The notes beneath the pieces are model-generated. The model did not search any database and had not been told where the DNA came from. It saw nothing but the letters and a program-made list of their open reading frames with translations. Shown one piece after another: positions 1-13,408 of a stretch of DNA of 64,000 nucleotides; position 1 is the stretch's first letter; each line of letters begins with the position of its first letter. The stretch lies in assembly GCA_002269645.1 (NCBI GenBank), contig NIVC01000867.1, positions 310,001-374,000 on the forward strand, in the 5' to 3' direction. This DNA is from Macrostomum lignano. Lineage: Eukaryota. The position numbers were made by a program, and so were the translations under genes.

Positions 1-250
1 TATTCTCAGGGGAGATTATCTGGTATTCTGAGGGTAGATTTTCTGATATTCTCAGGGGAGATTTTCTGGTATTCTCAGAGGAGATTCTCTGGTATTCTCA
101 GAAAAGATTTTCTGATATTCTCAGGGGAGAGTTTCTCGTATTCTCAGGGGAGATTTTCTGATATTCTTAAGGGAGAGTTTCTCGTATTCTGAGGGTAGAT
201 TTTCTGATATTTTTAGAGGCAATTTTCTGATAATCTCAAGGGTGATTTTC
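1..250. repeat. Intronic minisatellite, 23-bp unit TATTCTCAGGGGAGATTTTCTGG
   Basis: Direct tandem repetition in synaptojanin intron 5. Confidence 0.9.
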
Positions 251-395
251 GGATTAATGCTGAGTCAATCCTGTCCTGAGCACATACAAGCTCACACAGG
301 ATGTACATCAGCCCCTTGACTTTCTAGTCATCAAGCATGTTACACACTCTCTGGGCCTTGGGGAGTTGGCACAACACCAACACAAACCAACCAAC

Positions 396-1066
396 CTCTG
401 AGATCCATCATTTCCCAGAGTCTTCTGCAGTTCCTCAGCCCACAGCCGCTTGTTAGTACTGCTAGCATTGACAATATTGCTGGCATTCAGGTCCACCATC
501 TCTTCAAATCCGATAGCGTAGAAATCAACTGGCTGCGAGAAGTCCGCTTCAGAGTGAATGCAGTTCGGGGCGCTGGTCCTGCTAATCTCTGGCAGATTAA
601 CCAGCCAATCGCTCAACGACGCGTCCCTATGAGCCAGGCTTCGAAAATGTTTACCACCATTGACATTCCAGGTGCCAACAAACACCCTAGCCGGAGTGAC
701 ATCCGTGAACTCTTCGTGACTGGCTAACAGGTAGCTGAGCTGACGCGGCGGTAAATGTAGAAACGATTTCGGCAGCAGAGCACTCGCTCGGGAGGCTAAG
801 TCTCCTCGCAGAGTAGAATTATGAATTAATAAATCCATAGCTTCCTGCTTGGAGCTGTCTAGGAAATTATTCTGTATGGTTCTGGAACCAGTCCGGGCGG
901 CGTCTTTGATCTTTGAACGGCCACCGCCAAGGGCCCCGGTGCCGGCGTAAATCCTGCTGACTGAGTCGCCGTTCTGCAGCCACATCTCGCGGAAAGCGTC
1001 GCTGAATCGTTTGGCTAATTGCTCGGATGACAGGCCTAGCGACTCCAGCTGGTTGTGCAGCATCAG
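396..1066 (-). CDS. SYNJ1: Synaptojanin exon 5 (end of SAC, start of inositol 5-phosphatase domain)
   Basis: NGDSVSRIYAGTGAL...RTIQNNFLD...VFVGTWNVNGGK...FYAIGFEEMVDLNASNIV; donor AG|GTTGGT (phase 2) is inferred; rest of gene lies left of the window. Confidence 0.93.
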
Positions 1067-1099
1067 CTGCGTTGGGTGGGAATAGAGAGGCGAATAGAG

Positions 1100-1990
1100 A
1101 GGATCCTACAAATCCCCGCCATAATTAACTGGGATAATTAATCCTAATATCCACAACATAATCAATGGGGATAAAAATCCTTACAATACACACCATAATC
1201 GATTCGGATAATAATCCTACAAAATCCTCATACAAATCAATCGGGATAATATTAATCCCATAAATCCCCATACAAACCTTGGGATAATATTAATCCTACA
1301 AATCCTCATACAAATCAATTGGGATAATATTAACCCCACAAATCCCCATACAAATCAATTGGGATAATATTAATCCCACAAATCCCCATACAAATCAATT
1401 GGGATAATATTAATCCCACAAATCCCCATACAAATCAATTGGGATAATATTAATCCCACAAATCCCCATACAAATCAATTGGAATAATATTAATCCCACA
1501 AATCCCCATACAAATCAATTGGGATAATATTAATCCCACAAATCCCCATACAAATCAATTGGGATAATATTAATCCCACAAATCCCCATACAAATCAATT
1601 GGGATAAAAATAATCCTATAAATCCCCATAAAAATCAATTGGGATAATATTAATCCTATAAATCCCCATAAAAATCAATTGGGATAATATTAATCCTATA
1701 AATCCCCATAAAAATCAATTGGGATAATATTAATCATACAAATCCCCATAAAAATCAATTGGGATAATATTAATCCTATAAATCCCCATAAAATCAATTG
1801 GGATAATAATAATCCTACAAATCCCCATACAAATCAATTGGGATAATATTAATCCTACAAATTCCCATAAAAATAAATTGGGATAATATTAATCCTACGA
1901 ATCCCCATACAAATCAATTGGGATAATATTAATCCTACAAATCCCCATACAAATCAACTGTGATAGTATTAATCCTACAAATCCTTAATC
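1100..1990. repeat. Intronic minisatellite, 40-bp unit AATCAATTGGGATAATATTAATCCCACAAATCCCCATACA
   Basis: About 20 units, homogeneous core and degenerate edges; synaptojanin intron 4. Confidence 0.95.
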
Positions 1991-2107
1991 CCATAACCTA
2001 GGGATAATCTACACGAATAAAAGAAATTGCTAAACTCAGTAATCTGTTAAGACTGATAATAATCCAGGAAATCCCTCTAATCCCTCATACTACAAGACAA
2101 TCCTGAC

Positions 2108-2416
2108 CTCAATACCGAAGACAGTCTGCACAGCGTTAGTCCTATCCAAACAGTCAACGCAGTTAGTCCTAACAACGCCAGTCTGTGAGGAATGCTGACG
2201 CCTCAGCTGATCATTTTCCGGACTCGATTTCGACGACGAAAAAGCGACAAAATAGCCCCACCTGCCGATGTAGTCGCGAATTTTTTGCAACAAATCCGGC
2301 AGACGAGCCGGGTTACCGCCCGGGCACTCCGTGTGATAGTCGAATTCTACATAGGGTACGTCTGAGCACAGGCGGCTTCTGTCTCGGTGGTGATCTCGGT
2401 AGGATTTCGATAGAAC
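2108..2416 (-). CDS. SYNJ1: Synaptojanin exon 4 (SAC catalytic CX5R motif)
   Basis: FDYH...QTGVVRTNCVDCLDRTNAVQ; acceptor GCAG|GTT, donor GAG|GTCAGG; 309 nt. Confidence 0.96.
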
Positions 2417-2444
2417 CTGCGGCATTGCCAAATTGGTATATATA

Positions 2445-4290
2445 TTAGGAAAATCTCACCCCTTGGGAAGATGACAGATATAGAAATCTCACCCCTTTGG
2501 AAGATTCAAGATTATGGAAATCTGACCCCTTTGAAAGATGACATTTTTAGGAAATCTCACCCTTTGGGAAGATAACAGCCTATGGAAATCTCACCCCATG
2601 GTAAGACTACAGATAATGAAAGTCTCACCCCTTTGGAAGATGACATATTTTGGAAATCTCACCTTTCGAGAAGATGACAGATTATGGAAATCTCACCACT
2701 TGGGCAGATGGCAGTATATGGAAATCTCCCCCTTTGGGAGGATTCTAGATTATGGAAATCTCACCCCTTAAGCAGATGACAGATTATGGAAATCCCAAGC
2801 CTTGGGAAGATGACAGATTAGGGCAATCTCATCCCTTACAGAGATTCGAGACTGAGACAATCTCACCCTTTATGAAGATAAGAGGTGAAGGAAATCTCAC
2901 CCTTTCTGATAGGAGATACGAGGTAAAGGAAATCTCACCCTTTCTGATAGGAGATACGAGGTAAAGGAAATCTCACCCTTTATGATAGGAGATACGAGGT
3001 AAAGGAAATCTCACCCTTTATGATAGGAGATACGAGGTTAAGGAAATCTCACCCTTTCTGATAGGAGATACGAGGTAAAGGAAATCTCACCCTTTATGAT
3101 AGGAAATACGAGGTAAAGGAAATCTCACCCTTTATGATAGGAGATACGAGGTAAAGGAAATCTCACCCTTTATGATAGGAGATACGAAGTGAAGGAAATC
3201 TCACTCTTTCTGATATGGAGATAAGAGGTGAAGGAAATCTCACTCTTTCTGATATGGAGATAAGAGGTAAAGAAAATCTCACCCTTTATGATATGGAGAT
3301 AAGAGGTAAAGAAAATCTCACCCTTTATGATATGGAGATAAGAGGTAAAGAAAATCTCACCCTTTATGATATGGAGATAAGAGGTAAAGGAAATCTCACC
3401 CTTTATGATAGGATATAAGAGGTGAAGGAAATCTCACCCTTTCTGATATGGAGATAAGAGGTAAAGAAAATCTCACCCTTTATGATATGGAGATAAGAGG
3501 TAAAGGAAATCTCACCCTTTATGATAGGATATAAGAGGTGAAGGAAATCTCACCCTTTCTGATATGGAGATAAGAGGTAAAGGAAATCTCACCCTTTATG
3601 ATAGGATATAAGAGGTGAAGGAAATCTCACCCTTTTTGATATGGAGATAAGAGGTAAAGGAAATCTCACCCTTTATGATAGGATATAAGAGGTAAAGGAA
3701 ATCTCACCCTTTATGATAGGATATAAGAGGTAAAGGAAATCTCACCCTTTATGATAGGAGATAAGAGGTGAAGGAAATCTCACCCTTTCTGATATGGAGA
3801 TAAGAGGTAAAGGAAATCTCACCCTTTATGATAGGAGATAAGAGGTGAAGGAAATCTCACCCTTTATGATAGGAGATAAGAGGTGAAGGAAATCTCACCC
3901 TTTATGATAGGAGATAAGAGGTGAAGGAAATCTCACCCTTTTTGATATGGAGATAAGAGGTGAAGGAAATCTCACCCTTTATGATAGGAGATAAGAGGTG
4001 AAGGAAATCTCACCCTTTTTGATATGGAGATAAGAGGTAAAGGAAATCTCACCCTTTATGATAGGAGATAAGAGGTGAAGGAAATCTCACCCTTTATGAT
4101 AGGAGATAAGAGGTGAAGGAAATCTCACCCTTTTTGATATGGAGATAAGAGGTGAAGGAAATCTCACCCTTTATGATAGGAGATAAGAGGTGAAGGAAAT
4201 CTCACCCTTTATGATAGGAGATAAGAGGTGAAGGAAATCTCACCCTTTTTGATATGGAGATAAGAGGTAAAGGAAATCTCACCCTTTATG
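2445..4290. repeat. Intronic minisatellite, 38-bp unit GGAAATCTCACCCTTTATGATAGGAGATAAGAGGTGAA
   Basis: Fills synaptojanin intron 3; the 2445-2870 part is a diverged variant. Confidence 0.95.
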
Positions 4291-4391
4291 GAGATGATTA
4301 CACAGAAATCGCACCTATCATAGAAAATATATAAAAAACTATACAAAAGGGGGCATATATAGTCCACAGTAATCAGTAACCGCCCAATCAC

Positions 4392-4724
4392 CTGCTCTCC
4401 CTCCTTGCAGCCCAGTAGATTAACAATAGCCACACTGCCGTACAGAGATTTCATCATCTTCAAATGGCGCACAAACGCGTGACTGCTGGCCTCAAATCCG
4501 CGAGACATTTTAATCCGATGACTGCCAATCTGCAGGCCCGGCTGCTCCCAGAACAGCGGCACTGAGCCGCGAGTCTGCAGGAAAGACGTGACGGCATCGT
4601 CCAGATAGATGATCTGTTCGGTTTCGCAGAAATTCGCCACTTTACCATCGTCGTTGGCGCCGCGAACGTTGAAACGAGTACCGGCTCGCTCGGCAGATAA
4701 GCGGGATATGACGCAAGCTTTAGC
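4392..4724 (-). CDS. SYNJ1: Synaptojanin exon 3 (SAC domain)
   Basis: [37 protein letters not shown]...[12 protein letters not shown]; CAG acceptor, donor CAG|GTGATT; 333 nt. Confidence 0.96.
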
Positions 4725-5681
4725 CTGGGATTAGGGATAGTTATTAGGAATTTTTATCATCAGATTGAAATGATTCGAAATGCATCATATTTAAATATTG
4801 CACTAACAAATATTAATTACATGCACGAAAAAGCCTACTGAATAGTAGAAAAATAAGTATATAAAGCTACTTTCTTATAATACTTAAAATACTTAAATTC
4901 TTATAATACTTATACTTAAAAATAAGTATATAAAGCTACTTTCTTATAGTGTAATCGAGAAATGTTGCACAACTGATTAACAATAAATAAAAATTGTTAC
5001 GCACGGGTTTAAATACCCATATGTACATGCAAAGGCTTAGGAGTACTTCAGAGGTTAAGCCCCGCTGACAATTATTCAGCATTCAAGACCTGTAATTATT
5101 TTTAAAGCTTGAAACTGAGGATCCTAAAATTATCTGGGATAACCTTAACATGAGAATCTGGGATTATCTTAACACGAGGATCCAGTGTGGTTTTAACATG
5201 GGGATCTGAAATAATCTTAAGATGAGGATCTTAGATAAACTTCACTCTTAGAGCCATCGAGAAAACACAAATAAAACATTTTAAAGACACTTGATGAAGA
5301 TAAGTTAAGACATAAGTAATCGAAATTATGCAGTCATACCGATAAATAAGTCAAACAGTGCAAGCCAAAAACATTTAATACTTTTTACCGTGAATGGTCT
5401 TGATTAGCATGAATGTATAAATGAGGAATATTAATCAGCAAAAAGTACAAAATAACATCGTCACCTAATTTGCTGGAAAACTATTTATATCAACTAGATT
5501 TATTTTTACAACAGATAATTACGATAAAAGCATATTTGAGCACAGAACTCATTATTAATAACTTTAAAAATGGTGCTATAAATAACATGCTAGACAGAGT
5601 GTGATTCATTTCGTATTCTCAGAAATTTATATCGTCGATGGAAAGAACTATTCAATTAATAATAATAATATTAATAATAGT

Positions 5682-5945
5682 TTATTACACCTGCCCTTAC
5701 AGGCAGATGTGTAACCGACAGCTCAGCCGCAGCTATTGCTGTTCAGTCCAAGGACTGGGGGGTCGCCACACACAGACCCTCAATTACCCCAGCTAATGCT
5801 GGCACCCATTTTACAGCTGGGTGAACTGAAGCAATGCAAAGTTAGTGTCTTGCTCCAGGATATAAATTGTTCTAGTAAAACGATCGGGAATCGAACCCCC
5901 GACCTTCCAGTCGTGAGTCCGACGCTCTAATAAATAGGCTACAAC
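5682..5945 (-). mobile_element. tRNA-derived CORE-type SINE (family 1)
   Basis: tRNA-like head with A/B boxes (GGTTCGATTCC), central CTTCAGTTCACCCAGCTGTAAAATGGGTG resembling the MIR CORE, tail GGCAGGTGTAATAA; 8 copies in the window. Confidence 0.8.
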
Positions 5946-5961
5946 TGGAAACTGGCCTCAC

Positions 5962-6129
5962 CTGTTTCTCACCGCAGTAGATGGTCTTCACTTCCACCCC
6001 GCCGCAGATGGCGTACACAAGCCAATCGTTGGCTGGGACACCAAACTGACCGAATAGGCGGTGCAAGCCGCGATTCCAGAAGAACCGATTGTCACGTGAC
6101 TTGCCCGAATGAGCGTTTTGCACGGATAC
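5962..6129 (-). CDS. SYNJ1: Synaptojanin exon 2 (SAC domain)
   Basis: DNRFFWNRGLH...DWLVYAICGGVEVKTIYCGEKQ; acceptor CAG|GTA, donor CAG|GTGAGG; 168 nt, phase 0. Confidence 0.93.
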
Positions 6130-6189
6130 CTGGGTGGTTAGATATTAGTACTCGTATAGCAACTATGAATAACTAGGATCGACTATATA

Positions 6190-6660
6190 GTCAATAATGT
6201 ATGGATTAAATTAGAATGGAATGGACTGCTAATCTAGTCAATTATGTTGGATTAAATTAGAATGGAATGGACTGCTAATCTAGTCAATTATGTTGGATTA
6301 AATTAAAATGGAATGGACTGCTAATCTAGACAACTATGTAGGATTAAATTAGAATGGAATGGATTGCTAATCTAGACAACTATGTAGGATTAAATTAGAA
6401 TGGAATGGACTGCTAATCTAGTCAATTATGTTGGATTAAATTAAAATGAAATGGATTGCTAATCTAGTCAATTATGTAGGATTAAATTAGAATGGAATGG
6501 ATTGCTAATCTATAGTTAGTTATGTATGATTAAAATACGATGGAATGGATAGCTAATCTAGTCAATTAGGTATGATTGAATTAGAATGGAATGGATTGCT
6601 AATCTAGTCAATAATTTATGATTGAATCAGAATGGAATGGATTGCTAATCTAGTAAATAA
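6190..6660. repeat. Intronic minisatellite, 46-bp unit GGATTAAATTAGAATGGAATGGACTGCTAATCTAGTCAATTATGTT
   Basis: About 10 units in synaptojanin intron 1. Confidence 0.92.
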
Positions 6661-6762
6661 CGAAGGATAATGATCTATCCAATGATGGGTGAAATAACAG
6701 CATACTACAAAATAACACTAATCTAATAAAAATCAGAGCCAAGAGCAATACCAGCGGCTTAC

Positions 6763-7197
6763 AGTCAAATCATACGGCTTATCATCCGAGGTTCTGGCAA
6801 AGTAGAAAATCTCCGACATCAACAGTTTCTGTATCTCAGACACCAGCTGGGCGTCTGTAGGACAATTTCGCAAACTAACACAGCTTACTCGAGTGATTTT
6901 GTGCACCTCAAAGTCTGGCAGTTTACCAACAGAAACGCATGCCGTGACCAATATGAGAAAATTGACGGTTTCATTTTTCGGGGTGTTGACAGCTAGAACG
7001 CCTAAACATGCGTACGCATCCAGCACTCTGGTGTAGTCTTTCAATAAATTCTGCGTCTCGACTTCGCTCAGCGTGGCGATTAGATTGTTTTGAAACAGGA
7101 CAGACTCTGATCGGCTTTTGTGCTGCATTATGAGGCTATGCAGAGTGGGATCGGTGCTAGCTTTTTCAAATATTCTGATGTTCTTTAATAGAGCCAT
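6763..7197 (-). CDS. SYNJ1: Synaptojanin exon 1 (N-terminus, start of SAC domain)
   Basis: MALLKNIRIFEK...VLDAYACLGVL...LVTACVSVGKL...FYFA matches the synaptojanin N-terminus; ATG at 7197; donor ACT|GTAAGC; 435 nt, phase 0. Confidence 0.92.
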
Positions 7198-7374
7198 TTT
7201 GTTGTCACTGAAATTGTTCAAGGGCAATAACAAATGAAGGAATTTTAAAAGATTCTATGCACAAATACAATAGGTAACTACAAGTTAGGGACAGATTAGC
7301 TCAGTTATTAAAGGGGGCCCAGTGGTCTAGCGACGCACTCTGATGAAGATGGAGATGATGGCTTTTCTAGCAAT

Positions 7375-7682
7375 CTCAGGAATTGATAAAAAAATGAAAA
7401 CTCTATGTACATGTGTGTATAATTTTGTTTGCTATGGACTCCCAAACCACTTAACTAATGACACCAAATTTTGTACCCACCTGAAATTCACTAGGGCAAA
7501 TGTGCTACTTTATTAAATTTTCTAAATTGAAGTCTACTACCTAAAAGTACAAAAACTGCTAAAAAGTGCAATTTGTTACTAAATCCTCCATAGCATTGCT
7601 TTAACTTTACTTATTGTTTTCAAATTTGACACAAACAACTTCAACTAATTTAAAACAATTGTGTAAAATTTTGACCTCAAAA
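7375..7682 (+). mobile_element. 5' part of an older decayed copy of the same Helitron-like family (host of the trimer)
   Basis: Aligns to the young copies (GCTATGGACTCCCAAACC...) with mostly C>T/G>A changes; left edge approximate. Confidence 0.75.
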
Positions 7683-10552
7683 TCTCTAACTATAAAAATC
7701 AAAACTCTGTCTGTGTGTCTGTCTGTCTGTGTGTCTGTGGACAATTTTGATCGCTATGGACTCCCAAACCACTCAACCAAATGACACCAAACTTTACACC
7801 CACCCTAAACTTACTACGGAGAATGTCTTAGGCTACCTTTTAATTTCCTAGACTCAAGTCTTCCTACCTAAAAGTACAAAAAACTGCTCAAAATGCGCGA
7901 TTTTTTCACTTAATCCGCCATAGCGCCGCTCCACTTCTACCGATTCTATTCAAATTTGACACAGATAATCTTAAACTATTTTGGCACAATCATGTAAAAT
8001 TTCGAGTCTGAAAGTTAATCCTGAACGGCGCTGTGCACTTTTAAGCGAGGCAGCCACCCCAACCTCCGCCCGCCTGCCTCTCTTTCCCGATCTGGGCAAA
8101 GGGTGTGAGTAGGTTTTAAAATGCCTAACTTTCGGCTGCCATAGTTTTGCTCCACGTGAAGCGATTGACTTCAAATTTGACACAATTCTTTATTGACTCA
8201 TTCTCTGCCCACATGTAAAGTCTCAACTCTGTATCTCAATCAGGACAGAAACTGTAAGCATGTGAATTTTGTCTGCTTTTTCTGTTTTTTGTGCCTCTCA
8301 CTCACTCATTCCCCCAGCCCAGACGAAGGGTCAGGCGATAGGGCTCAATGTACTTAGCGAATGTACAGTGTTTTGGAATAACTTTTTAATAGCCTTCTCG
8401 GGTCGACCTTCTCGGATTAGCCGAGTCGGCACCCCGCGCGCGGAGAGGCGTGGAGAGGAGAGACAGTTTCAGCGAGAGATTCAAACCACTGTCCTCTGTA
8501 TAGACAAGTCTGCAGCCGTTTAACAGTGGATGGCAAATCAAGGCGATGTGGGATGGTTTGTAAAAATAGCGAAAAATTAATGAATAACTGATTAGTAGTG
8601 ATTACAATGCAATCCTACTAAATTAGTTACACCATGAAAATTTTAACATCAAGATTCGCATAAGGTACTTTAAAATTTAAATGGCTCCTAAGAAATACGT
8701 ATTTCCTTGATTGCTAGACTGCTGCAGACTGTGGTGGTGGAGCTGGGCTGGAGGGAGATACACAAATTCCTCTCAGGGCTGCTAATTGGCCAGAAATATG
8801 ATGTGATTAAAGCATAACAACTATGAGAGTACTACGTTCCACAAACGCTTTCGAAGCGGGGATTGACAGAATTTAACCTCAAATGCCAGATAAAGAATGC
8901 AGCTCATGGCTGATGAGATGAGAGTGAAAAGGAGAAGGAATAGACTATAAAAAGAGAGGAGAAGCGAGAGGAGGATAAGAGAAAAGATAGAAGACAAGAA
9001 GAGAGATGATGGGGTAAGGATGAGAAGTGAGCAGATAATATTGGAGTAAGAAGCGAGAGGAGGGGAGAGAGAAGAGAGAGGAAAGAGTAGAAGTGAGAAG
9101 AGGGAGAGAGAAGATGGGAGAGATGAGACAGGATCGATGACAGAGGAGAGCAGAGAAGAGTGAGAAGAGAGTAGAGATGAGAGATGAAGGAGGAGAGAGC
9201 AGAGTGCAGAAAGGCGAGAGAAGAGAATAGAGGGGAGAGAGTATAGAAGAGAGAAGAGAAGAGGAGTAAGGAAAGAGAGTAATCAGAGGAGGGTAAAGAG
9301 AAGAGTACACTGAAGATTGGAGAGTACAGATGGCAGAAAAGAGAGGGGATGAGAGTGAACACGATATCTGAGAGGAGAGAGGAGAGAGGAGAGAGGAGTC
9401 AGATGAGGGGAAAGAGAAGAGTACAGAGGAGAGAGGTGAGAACATACGAGTATACGAGAGTAAAGATGACAGATGAGAGAGGGAAGATAAGACTGAGAGA
9501 GCAAAGACGAGAGTGAACACACGAGAGATGGGAGAGTAGAGAGAAAAGAGGATAGATAAGAAATAAGAGATGAGAGATGAAAGGTGAGACAAAGGGAGAG
9601 AGAGAGAGAGAGAAGTGAGTGAGGAAAGAGGAGGGGAGGGGAGAGAATCGAGAGGACAGGGGAAAGAGGGGAAAGGATGAGAGAGGGGTGAGGAGAGAGA
9701 GGGAGAGATAGAGGTAGAGAGCATGCAGAGAGAAATGAGAAGAGATAAGAGAGAAAAGATAAAAGAAGAGAAATGAGAGATAGATAAGAGAGCAAAGACG
9801 AGAGAGGAGAGGTGAAGGAAGAGACGATAGAAGAGAGGAGAGAGAGACGAGAGAGTACAGAGTACAGATGAGGGAGGAGAGGAGAAAGGAGAGAGGAGAA
9901 GTGTTCGGAGAGGGTAGAGTAAGGAGTGAGGAGAGGGGAGAGGGAAGAGAGAATAGAGAGTAGAGAGCAGAGAGAAGATAGTAGAGAGCAGAGAGAAGAT
10001 AGTGCAGATCAAGCAGAGGGAAGATAGAGTAAAGAGCAGAGAGAAGAGAGAGTAGAGAGGAGAGAGTAGAGAGCAGAGAGAAGATAGAATAGAGAGCAGA
10101 GAGAAATGGGAAGAGATAAAACAGGAGAAAGGGAGAGATAAGAGAGCAGAGACGAGAGAGGAGAGGAGAGGAGAGAAAATAATAAGAGGGAATAGACGAG
10201 AGAAGAGGGGATAGAGGAGAGAGAGAAGAGACCATAGACCAGAGAAGAGAGAAAACAGAAGAGAAGGTAGAGATAGAAGTTTCTAAGGATCCAACTTCAA
10301 AGGGACACAAGGAGAGGCAGAGGCCATGAGTTTGCCTGACATTCTGTGCAGCACCCCAACCAACAATATTAATGTTTGCTTCAAATACTAATTGTACATG
10401 AATGTACTCTATTTTATGTTTAACTCTATCCTAAATTCCTAACTATTAAAAAGTTTTTGTTTAAGTATGGGCTCAGATTTCAGAATACATGCAAAAATAG
10501 TTCTGGGGGTTGGAATTCCCCGGGTTCAAATTCCGCGGGTTTCAACAGCTTG
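7683..10552 (+). mobile_element. Non-autonomous Helitron-like element, copy 1 of tandem trimer
   Basis: 5' TC preceded by A, internal (CTGT/GT)n, long GA tract, GC-rich subterminal hairpin segment, 3' CAGCTTG; no TIR or TSD. Confidence 0.75.
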
Positions 10553-12080
10553 TCTCTACATATAAAAACCAAAACTCTGTGTGTGTGTGTGTGTGTGTGT
10601 GGACAATTTTGATCGCTATGGACTCCCAAACCGCTCAACCAAATTACACCAAACTTTACACCCACCCTAAACTTACTACGGAGAATGTCTTAGGCTACCT
10701 TTAAATTTCCTAGACTCAAGTCTTCCTACCTAAAAGTACAAAAAACTGCTCAAAATGCGCGATTTTTTCACTTAATCCTCCATAGCGCCGCTCCACTTCT
10801 ACCGATTCTCTTCAAATTTGACACAGATAATCTTAAACTATTTTGGCACAATCATGTAAAATTTTGAGTCTCAAAGTTAATCCTGAGCGGTGCTGTGCAC
10901 TTTTAAAGTTAGGCTGTTTTTTTCAGCGTAGCAACCACCCCAACCTCCGCCCGCCTGCCTCTCTTTCCCGATCTGGGCCCAGATGTGTAAAAGGGTTTCA
11001 AAATTGACTAACTTTCAGCTGCCATAAGTTTGCTCCACGTAAAGCGATTGACTTCAAACTTGACACAATTCTTTATTGACTCATTCTCTGTCTACATGTA
11101 AAGTCTCAACTCTGTATCTCAATCAGGACAGAAACTGTAAGCATGTGAAGTTTGTCTGCTTTTTCTGTTTTTTGCCGCTCATCCAACTCATTCCCCAGAC
11201 GAAGGGTCAGGCGATAGGGCTCAATGTACATAGCGAATGTACAGTGTTTTGGAATAACTTTTTAATAGCCTTCTCTGTACCCCCGCGAGTGGAGAGGCGT
11301 GGAGAGGAGAGAGTTTAGTGAGAGATTCAATTTCAAACCACTGTCCTCTGAATAGACAAGTCTGCAGCAGTTAAACAGGGATGGCAAATCAAGGCGATGT
11401 GGGATGGTTTGTAAAAATATCGAAAAATTAATGAATAACTGATTACAATTACAATGCAATCCTACTAAATTAGTTACACCATGAAAATTTTAACATTAGG
11501 ATTCGCATAAGGTACTTTAAAATTTAAATGGCCTCCTAAGAAATGCGTATTTCCATGGTTGTTAGACTGCTGCAGACTGTTGTGTTGGAGCTGGAGATAT
11601 ACAAATTTCTCTCAGGGCTGCTAATTGACCAGAAAGATGACGTGATTAAAGCATGAGAAATGATAACAACCATGATAGTACTACGTCCCACAAACTGGCT
11701 TTCGAAGCAGGGATCGGCAGATTTTTATCTCAAAGGCCAGATAAAGAATCCAGCTCATGGCTACGGGCCAGATGAGAGTGGAAAGGAGAAGGAATAGACT
11801 GTTGGAAAGAGAGGAGGGGCGAGAGAGAGGGGAATAAGAGAAATGATAGAAGATAACAAGAGATATGAGGGGTGAGGAGAGAGCAGAGAATATGCGAGGA
11901 AAAAGCGAGACGAGGGGAGAGAGGAAAGAGTAGAGGTGAGAAGAGGGGAGAGATAAGACAGGATCGATGAGAGAGGAGAGTAGAGAAGAGTGAGATGAGA
12001 GTAGAGATGAGAGGATCGAGAGGAGAGATTAGAAAGGATCAAGGAGAGGAGATAAGAGGGGGAAGAGGGGGGAGAGGAGT

Positions 12081-12149
<69 letters not shown>

Positions 12150-13408
12150 TGAGAAAGAAGAGAGGAGAAAGGAGAGATGATAGAGTAAAGAGAAGAGATG
12201 AGAGAGGAAAGATATGAGATTGTAGAGATGAGAGATTAAGGAATACACAGCAGGGTGCAGAGAGACGAGAGAAGAGAATAGAGGGGAGAGAGTATAGAAG
12301 AGGGAAGAGAGGAGAGGAGTAAGGAAAGAGAAGTCAGAAGAGGGGAAAGAGAAGAGTACACAGGAGAGAGGGGAGTAGAGATGACAGAAGAGAGAGGGGG
12401 GAATGAGAGAGCAAAGATGAGAATGAACAGACGATATATGAGAGGAGAGAAGTGGAGAGGGAAGAGAGAAGACAAAAGAGGGAGAGAGTATAGAAGAGAG
12501 AAGAGAAGAGACGAGAAGAGAGAAGAAAGGAGAGAGAGTCCTGAGTCAAAAAGGGGAAAGAGAAGAGTACAAGAGGAGAGAGGTGAGAGAACATATGAGA
12601 GTAAAGATGACAGATGAGAGAGGGGAGATGCGAGAGCAGAAACGATAGTAAACAGGCGAGAGATGGGAGAGTAGAGAGAAAAGAGGAGAGATAAGAAATA
12701 AGATATGAGTGGAGACAAGGGAGAGATGAGAAGTGAGTGAGGAGAGAGGAGGGGAGGGGAGAGAATCGAGAGGACAGCGGAAATTGGTGAAAAGGATGAG
12801 AGAGGAGAGGAAAGAGGGGAGAGATTAGAGAGATGGAGGAGAGAGCAGAGATATGTGAGGAGAGAGAGCAGAGAGAAATGAAAAAAGACAAGAGAGAAGA
12901 TAAAGGAAGAGAAAGGAGAGATAAGAGAGCAAAGACGAGAGAGAAGAGAGTTGAGGGAAGAGACGATAAGAGAGATGAGAGGAGAGAGAAAAGAATAGAG
13001 GGGAGAGGGAAGAGACGAGAGAAGAGGGGAGAGAGGAGAGAGGAGAGAAAAAGAAGAGATGAGAAAAGAAGAAGAGACGAGAGACGAGAGAGAAGAGACG
13101 AGAGACGAGAGAGAAGATAGGAAACAGAAGAGAAAATAGAAGTTGCAAAGGATGCAAGGGACATTAGGGAGAGGCAGTGGCAGAGGCCAGAGTTTGCCTG
13201 ACACTCTGTGTAGCATCCCAGCCAATATCAATATCAATGCTTGCTTCAAATGTCCTAATTTTACACGAATGTATATATTTTATGTTTAACTCTATCCAAC
13301 TATTAACAAGTTTTTGTTTGAGTTTGACTCCGATTTTAGAATGCATGCAAAAATAATTCCGGGGAATAGAGTTCCCCGGGTTCAAAATCCGCGGGTTTCA
13401 ACAGCTTG
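10553..13408 (+). mobile_element. Helitron-like element, copy 2 (head-to-tail)
   Basis: Junction CAGCTTG|TCTCTA; hairpin CCGGGGAA-TAGAG-TTCCCCGG at 13359-13379. Confidence 0.75.

Noticed and set aside
308-395. ORF extension LVGLCWCC resembling the synaptojanin QLVGVCL motif
   Set aside because: It follows an AG|GTTGGT donor, lacks the intervening conserved residues and soon stops; treated as intron coincidence, though the exact donor is unverified.
7335-7375. CTGATGA (also CTGACGA near 44838) as hammerhead cores
   Set aside because: No stem II followed by GAAA, and no stem III.
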